Below, piece after piece: positions 1 through 8,935 of a stretch of DNA of 38,585 nt. The notes under the pieces were generated by a model. The model had not been told where the DNA came from. It saw only the letters and a list, made by a program, of their open reading frames with translations, and did not search any database. Every line of letters starts with the position of its first letter. Position 1 is the first letter of the stretch. A program made the translations under genes and the position numbers. This DNA is from Chloroflexota bacterium (GTDB lineage: Bacteria > Chloroflexota > Anaerolineae > Anaerolineales > UBA11858), in assembly GCA_030666985.1 (NCBI GenBank), contig DAOUWT010000002.1, positions 1 through 38,585 of the forward strand, read 5' to 3'.

Positions 1-64
1 CCCTGATCTCCTGCTTCCCTGATCTCCTGCTTCCCTGTTCTCCTGATGCCTAGTTCCCTGATTC

Positions 65-1483
65 CTACAAGAAATCCTCCAACGTAGAAGACACGTTCGG
101 GCTGCGCAACTTCCGCAAAGCTTTCGCTTCTATTTGCCGGATGCGTTCCCGGGTAACATCGAAATATCGTCCAACATCCTCCAAGGTATGCGTTATACCA
201 TCCTTCAATCCAAACCGTAGTTCTAACACCTGTCGTTCGCGAGTAGATAAGTTTTCCAACGTTTTTTGTAATTGTTTCTGCATCATCTCTCTCGCTGTCG
301 CTTCGAGGGGAGCTAAAGCCTCTTTGTCTTCGACGAAATCACCCAATTGATTGTCATTTTCGTCGCCAACGGGACGGTCCAAGGACATAGGTGCTTCAGC
401 AGCTCGTAAATATTTAGTGACTTTGCTGGTGGCTTTCCGCCAACGCCGGTTCATTTCCACAGGGATAGCGCTCCCTTCTTGGAGGTGCTTATGGATTGTT
501 TTCTTGTCTCGCGGGTCAAGGTAATCTGTTTCTAGGGCAATGTCTTCAGGCGTGGGGTCCTGTCCTAACTTTTGTGTCAAATGGCGTCTAATACGGAGTA
601 AATGGGTCACTGTCTCGAAAACATGCACCGGGATACGAATCGTCCGAGCCTTATCGGCAATAGAGCGGCTCACCGATTGCCGGATCCACCAAGTAGCATA
701 AGTGCTAAACTTATATCCCCGTGTCGGGTCGAATTTTACAACCGCACGCAATAATCCCACATTCCCTTCTTGAATCAGGTCCAAAAAAGGGTTTCCCCGC
801 CCGATATACCGCTTGGCCACGCTGACCACCAACCGCAAATTGGCGCGAATTATAGCATTGTACCCTTCATAATAGCGGCTCCACAAGTCATCAATCTCTA
901 CTTGAAGAGATTCATCTCCGGGTAAACGCTTTGTGAAATCTTTCAGCGCAGGCAAATCTCCTTTAGTTTTAATGACATACGCCCTTAACCACGCACTAAC
1001 TTCCTCTGGAAAGGAATAAAAAGCAATAAAGAGGGTAAAAATATTATCTGCCACACCTCTCCACTTAACATCTTTTCCCCATAAGCCATTATCTAAATAA
1101 GCGCGTGTATAAGAAGGAGATTCTAAATCCCAAGTCTCCCGCAAAGTACCGGCTTCTTCGATGATAGAGACCAAATCAGGGCATTCCAACTCCAATCGCA
1201 CTATGTCCTCTCGAACCCGTCGCCATGCTACCGTCAACTCGTCATACAAGGCCCGAAAAAAATTTGTAGGGGTATTTTCACCATTGCGGGTGAAGGGATG
1301 CTCCCTCCTGATGCTGATCATCCGGCGCGTGGAGAGCAAACGTACACCCAACCAGAATTCCTGATTCGGCTCCAGAAGGTCAATGGTGCCAATATCGTTC
1401 AGGTACATCTGAACAGGGTCATCTCTAACCGCTGCCCTGATGTTGGCCTTCTCCACATCTCTGGGAGATGCACCAGTCTCCAT
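65..1483 (-). CDS. rpoD: RNA polymerase primary sigma-70 factor (RpoD/SigA)
   Basis: The ORF spans 65..1543. Sigma-70 region 2 is '[35 protein letters not shown]' and region 4.2 is '[27 protein letters not shown]'. I placed the start at ATG 1483 (METGASP...) because GGAGGAGG lies just upstream on the minus strand. The 20 extra upstream codons have no RBS. Confidence 0.9.
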   Translation of the reverse strand: METGASPRDVEKANIRAAVRDDPVQMYLNDIGTIDLLEPNQEFWLGVRLLSTRRMISIRREHPFTRNGENTPTNFFRALYDELTVAWRRVREDIVRLELECPDLVSIIEEAGTLRETWDLESPSYTRAYLDNGLWGKDVKWRGVADNIFTLFIAFYSFPEEVSAWLRAYVIKTKGDLPALKDFTKRLPGDESLQVEIDDLWSRYYEGYNAIIRANLRLVVSVAKRYIGRGNPFLDLIQEGNVGLLRAVVKFDPTRGYKFSTYATWWIRQSVSRSIADKARTIRIPVHVFETVTHLLRIRRHLTQKLGQDPTPEDIALETDYLDPRDKKTIHKHLQEGSAIPVEMNRRWRKATSKVTKYLRAAEAPMSLDRPVGDENDNQLGDFVEDKEALAPLEATAREMMQKQLQKTLENLSTRERQVLELRFGLKDGITHTLEDVGRYFDVTRERIRQIEAKALRKLRSPNVSSTLEDFL

Positions 1484-1551
1484 ACGACTCCTCCTCCATT
1501 CGGAAGCACACCAAAGGTACACACCGTGAGCTTCCAACTCCAAAAAGGTAT

Positions 1552-1607
1552 TTCACGCAACACGCCTCACTCTTCACGCTTCACGTTTATCACGTTTCAC
1601 TCTTCAC
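1552..1607. repeat. tandem heptamer array (8 units, complement of the GTGAAxx family)
   Basis: TTCACGC AACACGC CTCACTC TTCACGC TTCACGT TTATCAC GTTTCAC TCTTCAC, between dnaG and rpoD. Confidence 0.9.
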
Positions 1608-3538
1608 ATCCGCATCTCCAAAGCCGCCGCTCGGTTTGTATAACGCTCCTTCGCGATATCTATTTTATGCAAATTAGACAAATATTGCATAACAGTTTTC
1701 TGGTACTCAGTAGCTTTGAGATCCCCATTTTCCTGTTCGCTTTCTATTACGTAATCTAAATGAATTTTCTTGTCGAGTATGTACCAGCGCCGTAAATTTA
1801 ATAAGGCCAACATCACATCTTCCAAAACCTTATCCGTCTTGGGATCAAACTCTGCCGTATGCGCCAACAACTCATCCACCGATTCTATGAGCGTCATCGG
1901 GAGATTTCCAAGCACGTGATTGGCCGGTTCCACTTCCTCTTGCTTCAAAGCTTTGCGCACCAATTCGAACACAATTTGATGATCAATATTCTGAAAATCC
2001 TTCTCGTTAATGCGTTCCAACCCCGCCTCGCTCAAACGACGGTCAACCTTATACATCAATTCTGGATGTCTGACCAAGAACCCCACACAATGAGCTTCAT
2101 AAACTATTTCTTTTCTTGGGGGAGGAACCTGGCGTGCGGCCCCTTGGTCAGGTGGAAACTCGGGGGGGCGTGGTCGCCGTTGCTGGTAAGGTCTTCCAGC
2201 CGGGGGGGGGCGGAAACCCAGCAGGGAGCGTTCGTCCACCTTGAGCATGCGTGCCAGGCGCTGCAAATAAGTATCGCGCTCTATTGCGCTGGGAATATCA
2301 TTGATCAAAGGCAAAACTTGGGCTGCAACCTCGCTCTTGGTTTTGGCGTCTTCAAGGTCGCGTCCTTCGGCCAGCATTTCCATAACGTGGACGACAACAG
2401 GGCGTGCCTCCGCCACAATCTGCTCCCACTCCCCTGGGTCACGGTTGACCACGTCGTCGGGGTCCATCCCCGGCGGGAGAGTCGCCACCCGCAGGTCGGC
2501 CTGAATGCGGGCCTCCCGGCGCAGCAATCCCCGCGCATCGAAAACCAGGTCAGTAGTTCTGTCCAGAGATTCGCGAGCAACTTCCAGGCCGCGCAAGGTT
2601 GCCTTTATCCCGGCGGCATCCGAGTCCATGGCCAGGATAATGCGCTTCGTGTAGCGTTTGAGTACCCGGAGATGCTCATCTGTCAGGGCTGTGCCCATCG
2701 TGGCCACCACGTTAGAATAACCGTGCTGGTGAGGGGCAATCACGCCCATATAGCCCTCCACGATAACGGCCTGATCCCCGGCCCGAATACCTCTCCCGGC
2801 TTTATCTAATCCATAAAGAATTTTACCCTTGTCGAACAAAACCGTCTGCGGGGAGTTGAGATATTTGGGAACCCCGTCCGGGTCTAGTGTCCGCGCCCCG
2901 AACCCAGTCATCCGCCCCCCCCGGTCCCGGATCGGGATCATCATCCGGTGGCGGAAGCGGTCGTACACGCCCCCGCCGTCTCGCTCCGTGACCAGGCCCA
3001 CCTCCCCCAAATCCCCCTCGCTATAGCCCTTGGTTTTGAAATAATTGGTGGTGGCTTCCCAGGAATTGGGGGCATATCCCAGCCCAAAGGCTTCTATGGC
3101 CTCGTCGGTCAATCCCCGCTCGTGCAAATAATCCAAAGCCACTTTACCGGCATCCGTGTTATAGAGATTGTGGCGGTAAAACATGACCGCTTCCTCGAGC
3201 AACTTTCGCAGGCGGACATGTTCTTCTTTTTTCTCTTGTTCTTGGGGGGTCAATGGCTTGAGCTGAACCCCGGCCCGTTGCGCCAAATTCCGCAAAGCCT
3301 CCGGGAAATCCCAGCCTTCTCGCTTCATCACAAAGTTGAAAATATCCCCGCCTTCATTGCATTCCCCAAAACAATGCCAGGTTTGGGTATCTGGGAAAAC
3401 GGCAAAGGACGGCGTCCGGGTGTTGGCATGGAAAGGGCAAAAGCCAGAATAACTCTTGCCCGAACGGCGCAGTTCCACGCTCTCGGAAACCAGGTCAACT
3501 ATATCTATGCGGTCTTTAATTTCGTCAGTTACGCTCAT
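1604..3538 (-). CDS. dnaG: DNA primase
   Basis: 644-aa ORF. It has the CHC2 zinc finger 'CPFHANTRTPSFAVF...HCFGEC' and the Toprim motifs 'VIVEGYMGV' and 'LAMDSDAAG'. It lies directly upstream of rpoD, the classic dnaG-rpoD arrangement. Its stop codon falls inside a heptamer array. Confidence 0.92.
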   Translation of the reverse strand: MSVTDEIKDRIDIVDLVSESVELRRSGKSYSGFCPFHANTRTPSFAVFPDTQTWHCFGECNEGGDIFNFVMKREGWDFPEALRNLAQRAGVQLKPLTPQEQEKKEEHVRLRKLLEEAVMFYRHNLYNTDAGKVALDYLHERGLTDEAIEAFGLGYAPNSWEATTNYFKTKGYSEGDLGEVGLVTERDGGGVYDRFRHRMMIPIRDRGGRMTGFGARTLDPDGVPKYLNSPQTVLFDKGKILYGLDKAGRGIRAGDQAVIVEGYMGVIAPHQHGYSNVVATMGTALTDEHLRVLKRYTKRIILAMDSDAAGIKATLRGLEVARESLDRTTDLVFDARGLLRREARIQADLRVATLPPGMDPDDVVNRDPGEWEQIVAEARPVVVHVMEMLAEGRDLEDAKTKSEVAAQVLPLINDIPSAIERDTYLQRLARMLKVDERSLLGFRPPPAGRPYQQRRPRPPEFPPDQGAARQVPPPRKEIVYEAHCVGFLVRHPELMYKVDRRLSEAGLERINEKDFQNIDHQIVFELVRKALKQEEVEPANHVLGNLPMTLIESVDELLAHTAEFDPKTDKVLEDVMLALLNLRRWYILDKKIHLDYVIESEQENGDLKATEYQKTVMQYLSNLHKIDIAKERYTNRAAALEMRM

Positions 3539-3892
3539 AGTGAATTGAAGAAGGTGAGAAATGTTTGTTTAGGCGGTACAAAGACGATTATACCAGTTTT
3601 GTGAACCAAGACCGAGATGGTTTATAGGAAAGGTGATTGCATTTGATATTGTAATCATTCCCCCCCTCGGAGGCTCTACGGAGATGGGTGGGAGCGCAAG
3701 CGGCTGGGGGTCACGGTGTTGCCCAAGGGCTAGCATACAACATTCAACTTGCCGAAATTGCGCGTTAGCGTTATCATGTGTGAGTGAGATAGTACAAGTC
3801 AGGATGTTAGCGTGTGTGATCGTCCGAGAGTAGATGTTTAGCCCTGGTCGCGTGTTTCAGGTTGATAATGTTTCACGCAAAGTGAGAAAAAG

Positions 3893-4306
3893 ATGAACGA
3901 ACAAACCATAACCATAACTTTGCCGGATGCGGTTTACGACCGTGTAAGAACGACGGCTCAAGCAACTGCGCTTACTTCGGAAGAAGTCGTCAAGCAATCG
4001 GTCGTGCTTTTATTACCCGCTTTTGAAGCGGATATGACGCCGCATCTGCGTTTAAGCCTGACCAAATTTTCGCTATTGAGTGACGTGCAACTTTGGAAAA
4101 CGGCCAATTCGGTCATGAGCCACGCCCGTCAGTTGCGCTTGGAGGAATTAGCCGAATTACAAAAGCAGTGTTCGCTCACAAAAAATGAGCAGGCGGAATT
4201 GGACGATTTAATGGATGAAGCTCAATACATAATGCTGCGTAAAGCGGAAGCCCGCCGCGTTTTGGCGCAACGTGGTCACATTGTTTTCAAACCGGTTGAG
4301 CTTTAA
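3893..4306 (+). CDS. small hypothetical protein with ribbon-helix-helix-like N-terminus, partner of the downstream HNH gene
   Basis: 137-aa ORF. The N-terminus 'ITITLPDAVYDRVRTTAQATALTSEEVVKQSV' has the beta-strand/helix pattern typical of RHH/CopG-type proteins. The C-terminal half is coiled-coil-like. Its TAA stop is 1 nt before the ATG of the HNH gene. Confidence 0.55.
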   Translation: MNEQTITITLPDAVYDRVRTTAQATALTSEEVVKQSVVLLLPAFEADMTPHLRLSLTKFSLLSDVQLWKTANSVMSHARQLRLEELAELQKQCSLTKNEQAELDDLMDEAQYIMLRKAEARRVLAQRGHIVFKPVEL

Positions 4307-4307
4307 G

Positions 4308-4727
4308 ATGTCCGCGTCTGTCGAATTGCGAACGTTGCTCGAAAAGCGGGACGAAAAACGTTGTTCGTACTGTCTTACTAGCGAGGATAACTGTGGTCTC
4401 AGAATGCACGTCGACCACATCGTGCCCGAATCAAGCGGCGGCCGCACGACTCGCGAAAATCTATGTCTGGCCTGTTTTTCGTGCAACGTGCATAAAGGAG
4501 CGAAACAGACCTGGCGAGACCCCTTGACTCGGGAAATCACGCCTTTGTTTCATCCACTGCAACAAGATTGGAATGAGCATTTTTGCTGGGATGAAAGTAA
4601 AATCAAAATAATAGGATTGTCACCTTGTGGAAGAGCGACGATCTCAGCCTTAAAGATGAACAATTCCACGGTAGTAAATGCCCGAAGGCGTTGGGTCAGT
4701 GCTGGTTGGCATCCACCCGAATTATGA
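4308..4727 (+). CDS. HNH endonuclease (small stand-alone type)
   Basis: HNH motif 'CSYC...HVDHIVPESSGGRTTRENLCLACFSCNVHKG'. I chose ATG 4308 because it follows the upstream stop in the 'TAAGATG' arrangement. The ORF track extends to 4272. Confidence 0.85.
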   Translation: MSASVELRTLLEKRDEKRCSYCLTSEDNCGLRMHVDHIVPESSGGRTTRENLCLACFSCNVHKGAKQTWRDPLTREITPLFHPLQQDWNEHFCWDESKIKIIGLSPCGRATISALKMNNSTVVNARRRWVSAGWHPPEL

Positions 4728-4750
4728 CAAGTTGAATTCGTCTTTAGCCA

Positions 4751-4813
4751 AGACCTCCGAGGTTTGCACTTCACTAGCCTACGGGCTGTACACCGTAAAA
4801 ACCTCGGAGGTCT
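4751..4813. repeat. 15-bp perfect inverted repeat hairpin (AGACCT-CCG-AGGTTT family)
   Basis: AGACCTCCGAGGTTT (4751-4765) pairs with AAACCTCGGAGGTCT (4799-4813), with a 33-nt loop. It lies downstream of the HNH gene. Confidence 0.85.
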
Positions 4814-4858
4814 GCCGTGCCAGAAGGGGGAGGTGAACGCTTACGAATAATCACCAGT

Positions 4859-4888
4859 TTCACAATATACCACCCAATATGGTACAAT
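4859..4888 (+). promoter_or_regulatory. candidate sigma-70 promoter for dedA
   Basis: TTCACA (4859-4864), an 18-nt spacer, then TACAAT (4883-4888) preceded by a TG-n extended -10. Confidence 0.35.
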
Positions 4889-5071
4889 CTCTGCCTTGAA
4901 TTCTCTCAGGAAACTATTTGGGTGCATTTCAAATGAGTTGAGAAAAGTCCGTATTGCGTGTTGCATATTCTGTTTTGAGAAGGTAACGCAACACGCAACA
5001 CTTGCATGGTTTCAACTGAAATGAAACACACCCAAATTATTAATAGACAACTTCTAAGGAGCAAGAACAAC

Positions 5072-5719
5072 ATGGGTTTAAGTCATCTACTAGACAGCGT
5101 TGCAATGTGGGCCCAAGACATTATCCGCGCCATGGGATATTGGGGATTGGGGTTTATAATGTTTCTCGAGAACGTTTTTCCGCCCATCCCATCCGAGGCC
5201 GTATTGCCAATGGCCGGGTGGTTGGCCTACGAAAAAGAGGGGAATTTCACATTATGGGGCGTGACGCTGGTGGGAGCGATCGGCTCTATTGCCGGGGCAT
5301 TGGTATTCTACGGGCTAGGTCACTGGTTTGGCGAGGAACGGGTGCGCCAATTGCTGCGCCGCTTCGGAAAATGGTTCTTGCTCACCGAAGCAGATTTCGA
5401 TACCGCCCTAAATTGGTTCGAACGCTACGGCGAGTTTGTGATCTTTTTTGGTCGCATGGTTCCCATTGTGCGCAGCTTGGTTTCTATCCCGGCCGGAATA
5501 GCCCGCATGAACCTGGGACTTTTCAATATATACACCGCAATAGGCACGGGCCTGTGGAGTTTCCTGCTCGCTTGGGCGGGGTATATATTAGGCCAAAACT
5601 GGGGCTTGGTCATGGAGTGGATAGATAAATACGAAAAAGTTGTTCTCGTCCTCGGTGTGGGAGTTGTGGTCGTTTTTGTGGTGAGCCGCTTGCGCCAAAA
5701 AATGAAGAGTGAAACGTGA
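5072..5719 (+). CDS. dedA: DedA-family inner membrane protein
   Basis: Multi-TM protein with the DedA/SNARE-associated signature 'FLENVFPPIPSEAVLPMAG'. ATG 5072 has AAGGAG about 10 nt upstream. The ORF track start at 5006 is also possible. Confidence 0.8.
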   Translation: MGLSHLLDSVAMWAQDIIRAMGYWGLGFIMFLENVFPPIPSEAVLPMAGWLAYEKEGNFTLWGVTLVGAIGSIAGALVFYGLGHWFGEERVRQLLRRFGKWFLLTEADFDTALNWFERYGEFVIFFGRMVPIVRSLVSIPAGIARMNLGLFNIYTAIGTGLWSFLLAWAGYILGQNWGLVMEWIDKYEKVVLVLGVGVVVVFVVSRLRQKMKSET

Positions 5720-5764
5720 AGAGTGAAACGTGAAGAGTAATGAGTGGCGAATGAAATGATATGA
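5702..5764. repeat. tandem heptamer array (GTGAAAC/GTGAAGA family)
   Basis: ATGAAGA GTGAAAC GTGAAGA GTGAAAC GTGAAGA GTAATGA GTGGCGA ATGAAAT. The dedA stop codon lies inside the array. Confidence 0.9.
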
Positions 5765-5786
5765 ATCTTGCCAACCCTTAAAAGAT

Positions 5787-5825
5787 GAAAAACCTCGGAG
5801 GTTGCGAAACCCTCCGAGGTTTTTG
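5787..5825. terminator. bidirectional rho-independent terminator between convergent dedA and the PPIase gene
   Basis: Stem AACCTCGGAGG (5791-5801) pairs with CCTCCGAGGTT (5811-5821). The stem is flanked by an A-run on one side and a T-run on the other. Confidence 0.6.
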
Positions 5826-5866
5826 CATACTCAATGACAACGCACATTTCTGCTAGCTCACTGCCC

Positions 5867-5924
5867 ACTGAATACTGAACACTGAACACTGAATACTGAA
5901 TACTGATCACTGATCACTGATCAC
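5867..5924. repeat. tandem heptamer array (ACTGAAT/ACTGAAC/ACTGATC)
   Basis: Eight in-phase heptamers. The last units encode the C-terminal 'VISDQ*' of the PPIase fusion on the minus strand. Confidence 0.9.
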
Positions 5925-7214
5925 CCGAACCAACGCATCTCCCGGCGGAAGCCCCAATCCCTGGGAGGGGTCACGAGGAGATAGGCTCTCGACTACATCC
6001 ATTCCTTCAATGACTTCACCAAAAATCGTGTAGCCGCCGTTCAAGTCTGGGGACGGGCCGTAGGTGATGAAGAATTGGCTGCCGTTTGCCTCCGGCCCAG
6101 AGTTAGCCATAGCTACCAAACCGGCCCGGTCGAAGATCAACCCAGGGTCAATTTCTATGCCGAAAGAATAGCCGGGGTTCCCATATCCGGTTCCGGTGGG
6201 GTCACCGGTTTGGGCCATAAAGTCTGGTATCACGCGGTGAAAAGTGGTACCGTCATACCAGCCATTCTCGGCCAAAAAGAGGAAACTGTTCACTGCCAGA
6301 GGAGCCACGTCGGGGAAAAGTTCAATGACAATGTCGCCTTTTTCAGTTTCCAGAGTGACTTGGTAGGTGCTTTCTGGGTCTACGGTCAGGGACGGACATT
6401 CGCTAAACTGCTGATCCTCCAACTTGATCAACTTGACAATAGCCGTTAAAGTATCAAGGCTGGGTTGGGCCTTAAATTGCTGATAATTGATCATGATAAA
6501 AGGCGTGCCGGGGATGCCAATTTCCTGTCCTTTTACCCAGGTCGCTTCGGCTTTGGCAACAATTTCATCACTGCTAAAATCTGCCTCGAACTGCTCCTCG
6601 TCTAAACCCAAATCTTTGGCCTGGGCAACCACCCAGGTTTTGAAAGCAGCTACAGAAAGGCCGGCCCATTCACCTGGCTTTTCGTAGAGGAGGTCGTGCA
6701 TGGCCCAAAATTCATCCTGTAAGCCGGCGGCTTCAGCAGCCTGTGTGGATAAAAGGGCTTTATCGTGAATGCTGTCCAATGGAAAGTGACGGTAAACAAT
6801 GCGTACATCCTCGGGGAATTGGGCTTGAAGCTCTCTCAGAATCGGCGCTAGCTGAGGACAATACGGGCACTGAAAATCGGCATATTCCACAATCGTCACC
6901 GCCGCAGTTTCGGGGCCTTTGATCCAATCTGTTTCAGGGTCAGGGGTGAAGATTTCTAAGATCTCCTCGGATGGGGTAGGCTTGGGTGCATTGGGAACAC
7001 AGACCGCGTCCGTGGCCGTGACAGGTGCAGACTCCTCCTCTTCCTGAGTCGCAGGGATGGGGGATGGTGCTTCTTGCGGGACAACCTCTACGGTTTCCTC
7101 CGCCTCTGCCGCCGCTGCCACCGTAGGAGCAACTTCGGTTTTCGAAGTCCCCCCACAAGCAGTTAATAATAGGGTTAAAACTAACAACATTCCAATGGTT
7201 ATTTTTTTAAGCAT
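5907..7214 (-). CDS. lipoprotein fusing a DsbA-like thioredoxin-fold domain with a cyclophilin-type peptidyl-prolyl isomerase
   Basis: Lipobox 'LLLTACGG' followed by an Ala/Glu/Thr/Pro linker. The thioredoxin-fold part is 'VEYADFQCPYCPQLAP...HFPL'. The C-terminal cyclophilin part is 'FHRVIPDFMAQTGDPTGTG' and 'GLVAMANSGPEANGSQFFI'. I placed the start at ATG 7214 (MLKKITIG) because AGGAGA lies upstream. Confidence 0.85.
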   Translation of the reverse strand: MLKKITIGMLLVLTLLLTACGGTSKTEVAPTVAAAAEAEETVEVVPQEAPSPIPATQEEEESAPVTATDAVCVPNAPKPTPSEEILEIFTPDPETDWIKGPETAAVTIVEYADFQCPYCPQLAPILRELQAQFPEDVRIVYRHFPLDSIHDKALLSTQAAEAAGLQDEFWAMHDLLYEKPGEWAGLSVAAFKTWVVAQAKDLGLDEEQFEADFSSDEIVAKAEATWVKGQEIGIPGTPFIMINYQQFKAQPSLDTLTAIVKLIKLEDQQFSECPSLTVDPESTYQVTLETEKGDIVIELFPDVAPLAVNSFLFLAENGWYDGTTFHRVIPDFMAQTGDPTGTGYGNPGYSFGIEIDPGLIFDRAGLVAMANSGPEANGSQFFITYGPSPDLNGGYTIFGEVIEGMDVVESLSPRDPSQGLGLPPGDALVRVISDQ

Positions 7215-7300
7215 ATTTTCTCCTGTAGATAATTTCTCCGAATTGCTTAAATACTGGCGCTTTTGTTTTCTCGTAAACACATATCAGGACGGGACAGAGT

Positions 7301-7359
7301 CCCTGATTCCTAATCCCTGATTCCTAATCCCTAGTCCCTAGTCCCTAGTCCCTGATTCC
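7301..7359. repeat. tandem heptamer array (CCCTGAT/TCCTAAT/CCCTAGT)
   Basis: Eight in-phase heptamers between the PPIase gene and the HExxH protein gene. A related octamer version (CTGNTNCC) fills 1-64. Confidence 0.9.
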
Positions 7360-8664
7360 TTATTCACCAAAATAATCCTCGAACGCACTCTCAAATTGAT
7401 CAACCCTCCACATCCAAGCCACTTTCTTCATAAAAGCGACGAAAGAAGGCATTTCATCCCGTAGTTTTCGGATATTGTTGCCAAGGGTGTTCGTGCTCCC
7501 GCTCACGGCCCCGCCAGCCTGTGCAGCATATGAGCCGTGAAAAGCAAAATAAGCCTGGTTCAGTTTTCGGATATGGTAGCCATGCTCCCAAAAGAACTCC
7601 CTGCGCTCTTCCATGTAGGCTTCCGCACCCTCCACCTGCCCTTCCTCGAGCATCTTGTCGACAACCACGCGCGTCTTGTGCATCTCGTGCCGGAAATCAA
7701 AAAGATAATGCCTCTGCATCTCCCGGAAAGAGATCAAGAACTTTGCGCTCTCCGAATATTGATCCGTGTCCGTGGACAATGTCGGCGCGGGAACGTGCTC
7801 CGGGTAGAAGCGTTCCACCACAGCGTCGCGTATCTCATAACTGGCTAAGTCGGCAATAGTTTCGTTGATAGCCGTCATGGCCGGGTTGGCGTAATAGTGC
7901 ATCCCAAGGGGGCGGATGGTCAAATAATTATGCGTCCACTCGTGGGTGACAACGTGAACCAGCCAAGATAAACCTCCCCCCTCGACGATCATAGCCGGAT
8001 ACGTACCCAATCCGCCTACCCCCACCACCAAAGCAGACACGTCCAAGTTTTCTTCCAAGTCATCTTCTAAAGATATGATCTCCTCCAATGTCAGGTCGGG
8101 GACGAGCATAAAACTAACCTCAGAGCGGATTTCTTCGCGGGGGGAGATGATCAGGGCGTAGGACTTGTGGACGGATTGGTAAAGGACCGGGGGGATGGCC
8201 TGCCCCCCCAGCGTGATGGACAGATCTGAAAGGACCGCGTTGATCTGGCGTTGGAGCACATCCTCGACCAGGGGGGCCAGGCTTTGGCGCTGGGAGCGTT
8301 TTTCAGCCAGTTGGGATTTTACACCCTCCGCCGCACTCTCTGGGTCAGCAATATTGGGATCGCTGAAAATCTCCTGGAGCGAGTGTTCAAGCTGAAAGAC
8401 CTCGTTGACCACTTCCAAATAATCCAAGACAAGTTGACTGCCATCAGAGACCGGCACATAGCGCTCGGCGCCCAAACTAAATTGCTCGAACTTATTCCAC
8501 ATGGCCCCTCCCATCCAGGAAAGGTAGTCGAACTCGAAAGGACGGGAATAAGTTCTAACGCGCTCTCTTTGATCGGCGGGATTCGGCGCGGACCGGGTTA
8601 CGAACAATATCAAAAGAAAGAGAGCAAGTACAACGCGCAACCAACGAGAAAGTTTTTTAATCAT
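7360..8664 (-). CDS. membrane-anchored hypothetical protein with HExxH motif (putative zinc metallopeptidase)
   Basis: 434-aa ORF with an N-terminal TM helix 'VVLALFLLILFV' and 'VVTHEWTHNY' (HExxH). I did not recognise the family. Confidence 0.55.
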   Translation of the reverse strand: MIKKLSRWLRVVLALFLLILFVTRSAPNPADQRERVRTYSRPFEFDYLSWMGGAMWNKFEQFSLGAERYVPVSDGSQLVLDYLEVVNEVFQLEHSLQEIFSDPNIADPESAAEGVKSQLAEKRSQRQSLAPLVEDVLQRQINAVLSDLSITLGGQAIPPVLYQSVHKSYALIISPREEIRSEVSFMLVPDLTLEEIISLEDDLEENLDVSALVVGVGGLGTYPAMIVEGGGLSWLVHVVTHEWTHNYLTIRPLGMHYYANPAMTAINETIADLASYEIRDAVVERFYPEHVPAPTLSTDTDQYSESAKFLISFREMQRHYLFDFRHEMHKTRVVVDKMLEEGQVEGAEAYMEERREFFWEHGYHIRKLNQAYFAFHGSYAAQAGGAVSGSTNTLGNNIRKLRDEMPSFVAFMKKVAWMWRVDQFESAFEDYFGE

Positions 8665-8790
8665 CTAAGTCACAAAAGGGCATCATCACCCGTAATTTAA
8701 TTGGCATAGATTCTACCACGCAGAATAAGCCGATTCCATTTGACATTTGTTAACTCTCTTGCCTTGTGGATCGTTGGCTCTTTGGGGTTT

Positions 8791-8849
8791 CGTGATGCGC
8801 GGTGCGTGATGCGTGAAGCGTGAGGCGTGAGGCGTGAGGCGTGACGAGG
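8791..8849. repeat. tandem heptamer array (CGTGATG/CGTGAAG/CGTGAGG)
   Basis: Eight in-phase heptamers in the divergent region between 7360..8664(-) and 8936..10153(+). Confidence 0.9.
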
Positions 8850-8935
8850 TGCAGACTTGCCTCTTGCCTCCTTCCCCCTGCCCCCTGCCCCTTTTCCCCA
8901 CCCGTCCTTGACTCGTATTTTAGAGTAGTGGTAAG

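Noticed and set aside
1859-2809. 316-aa plus-strand ORF inside dnaG. Similar antisense ORFs occur at 2948..3604, 16048..16731, 17095..17649, 25599..26093, 30293..30937 and 36919..37614.
   Set aside because: These are shadow ORFs opposite well-supported genes. They have low-complexity Arg/Gly/Pro/His-rich translations with no recognisable motifs.
3539-3892. 350-nt gap between dnaG and the RHH-like gene, examined for an ncRNA (contains CCTCGGAGG and GC-rich stretches)
   Set aside because: I could not identify a convincing helix set, promoter/terminator pair or known RNA motif.
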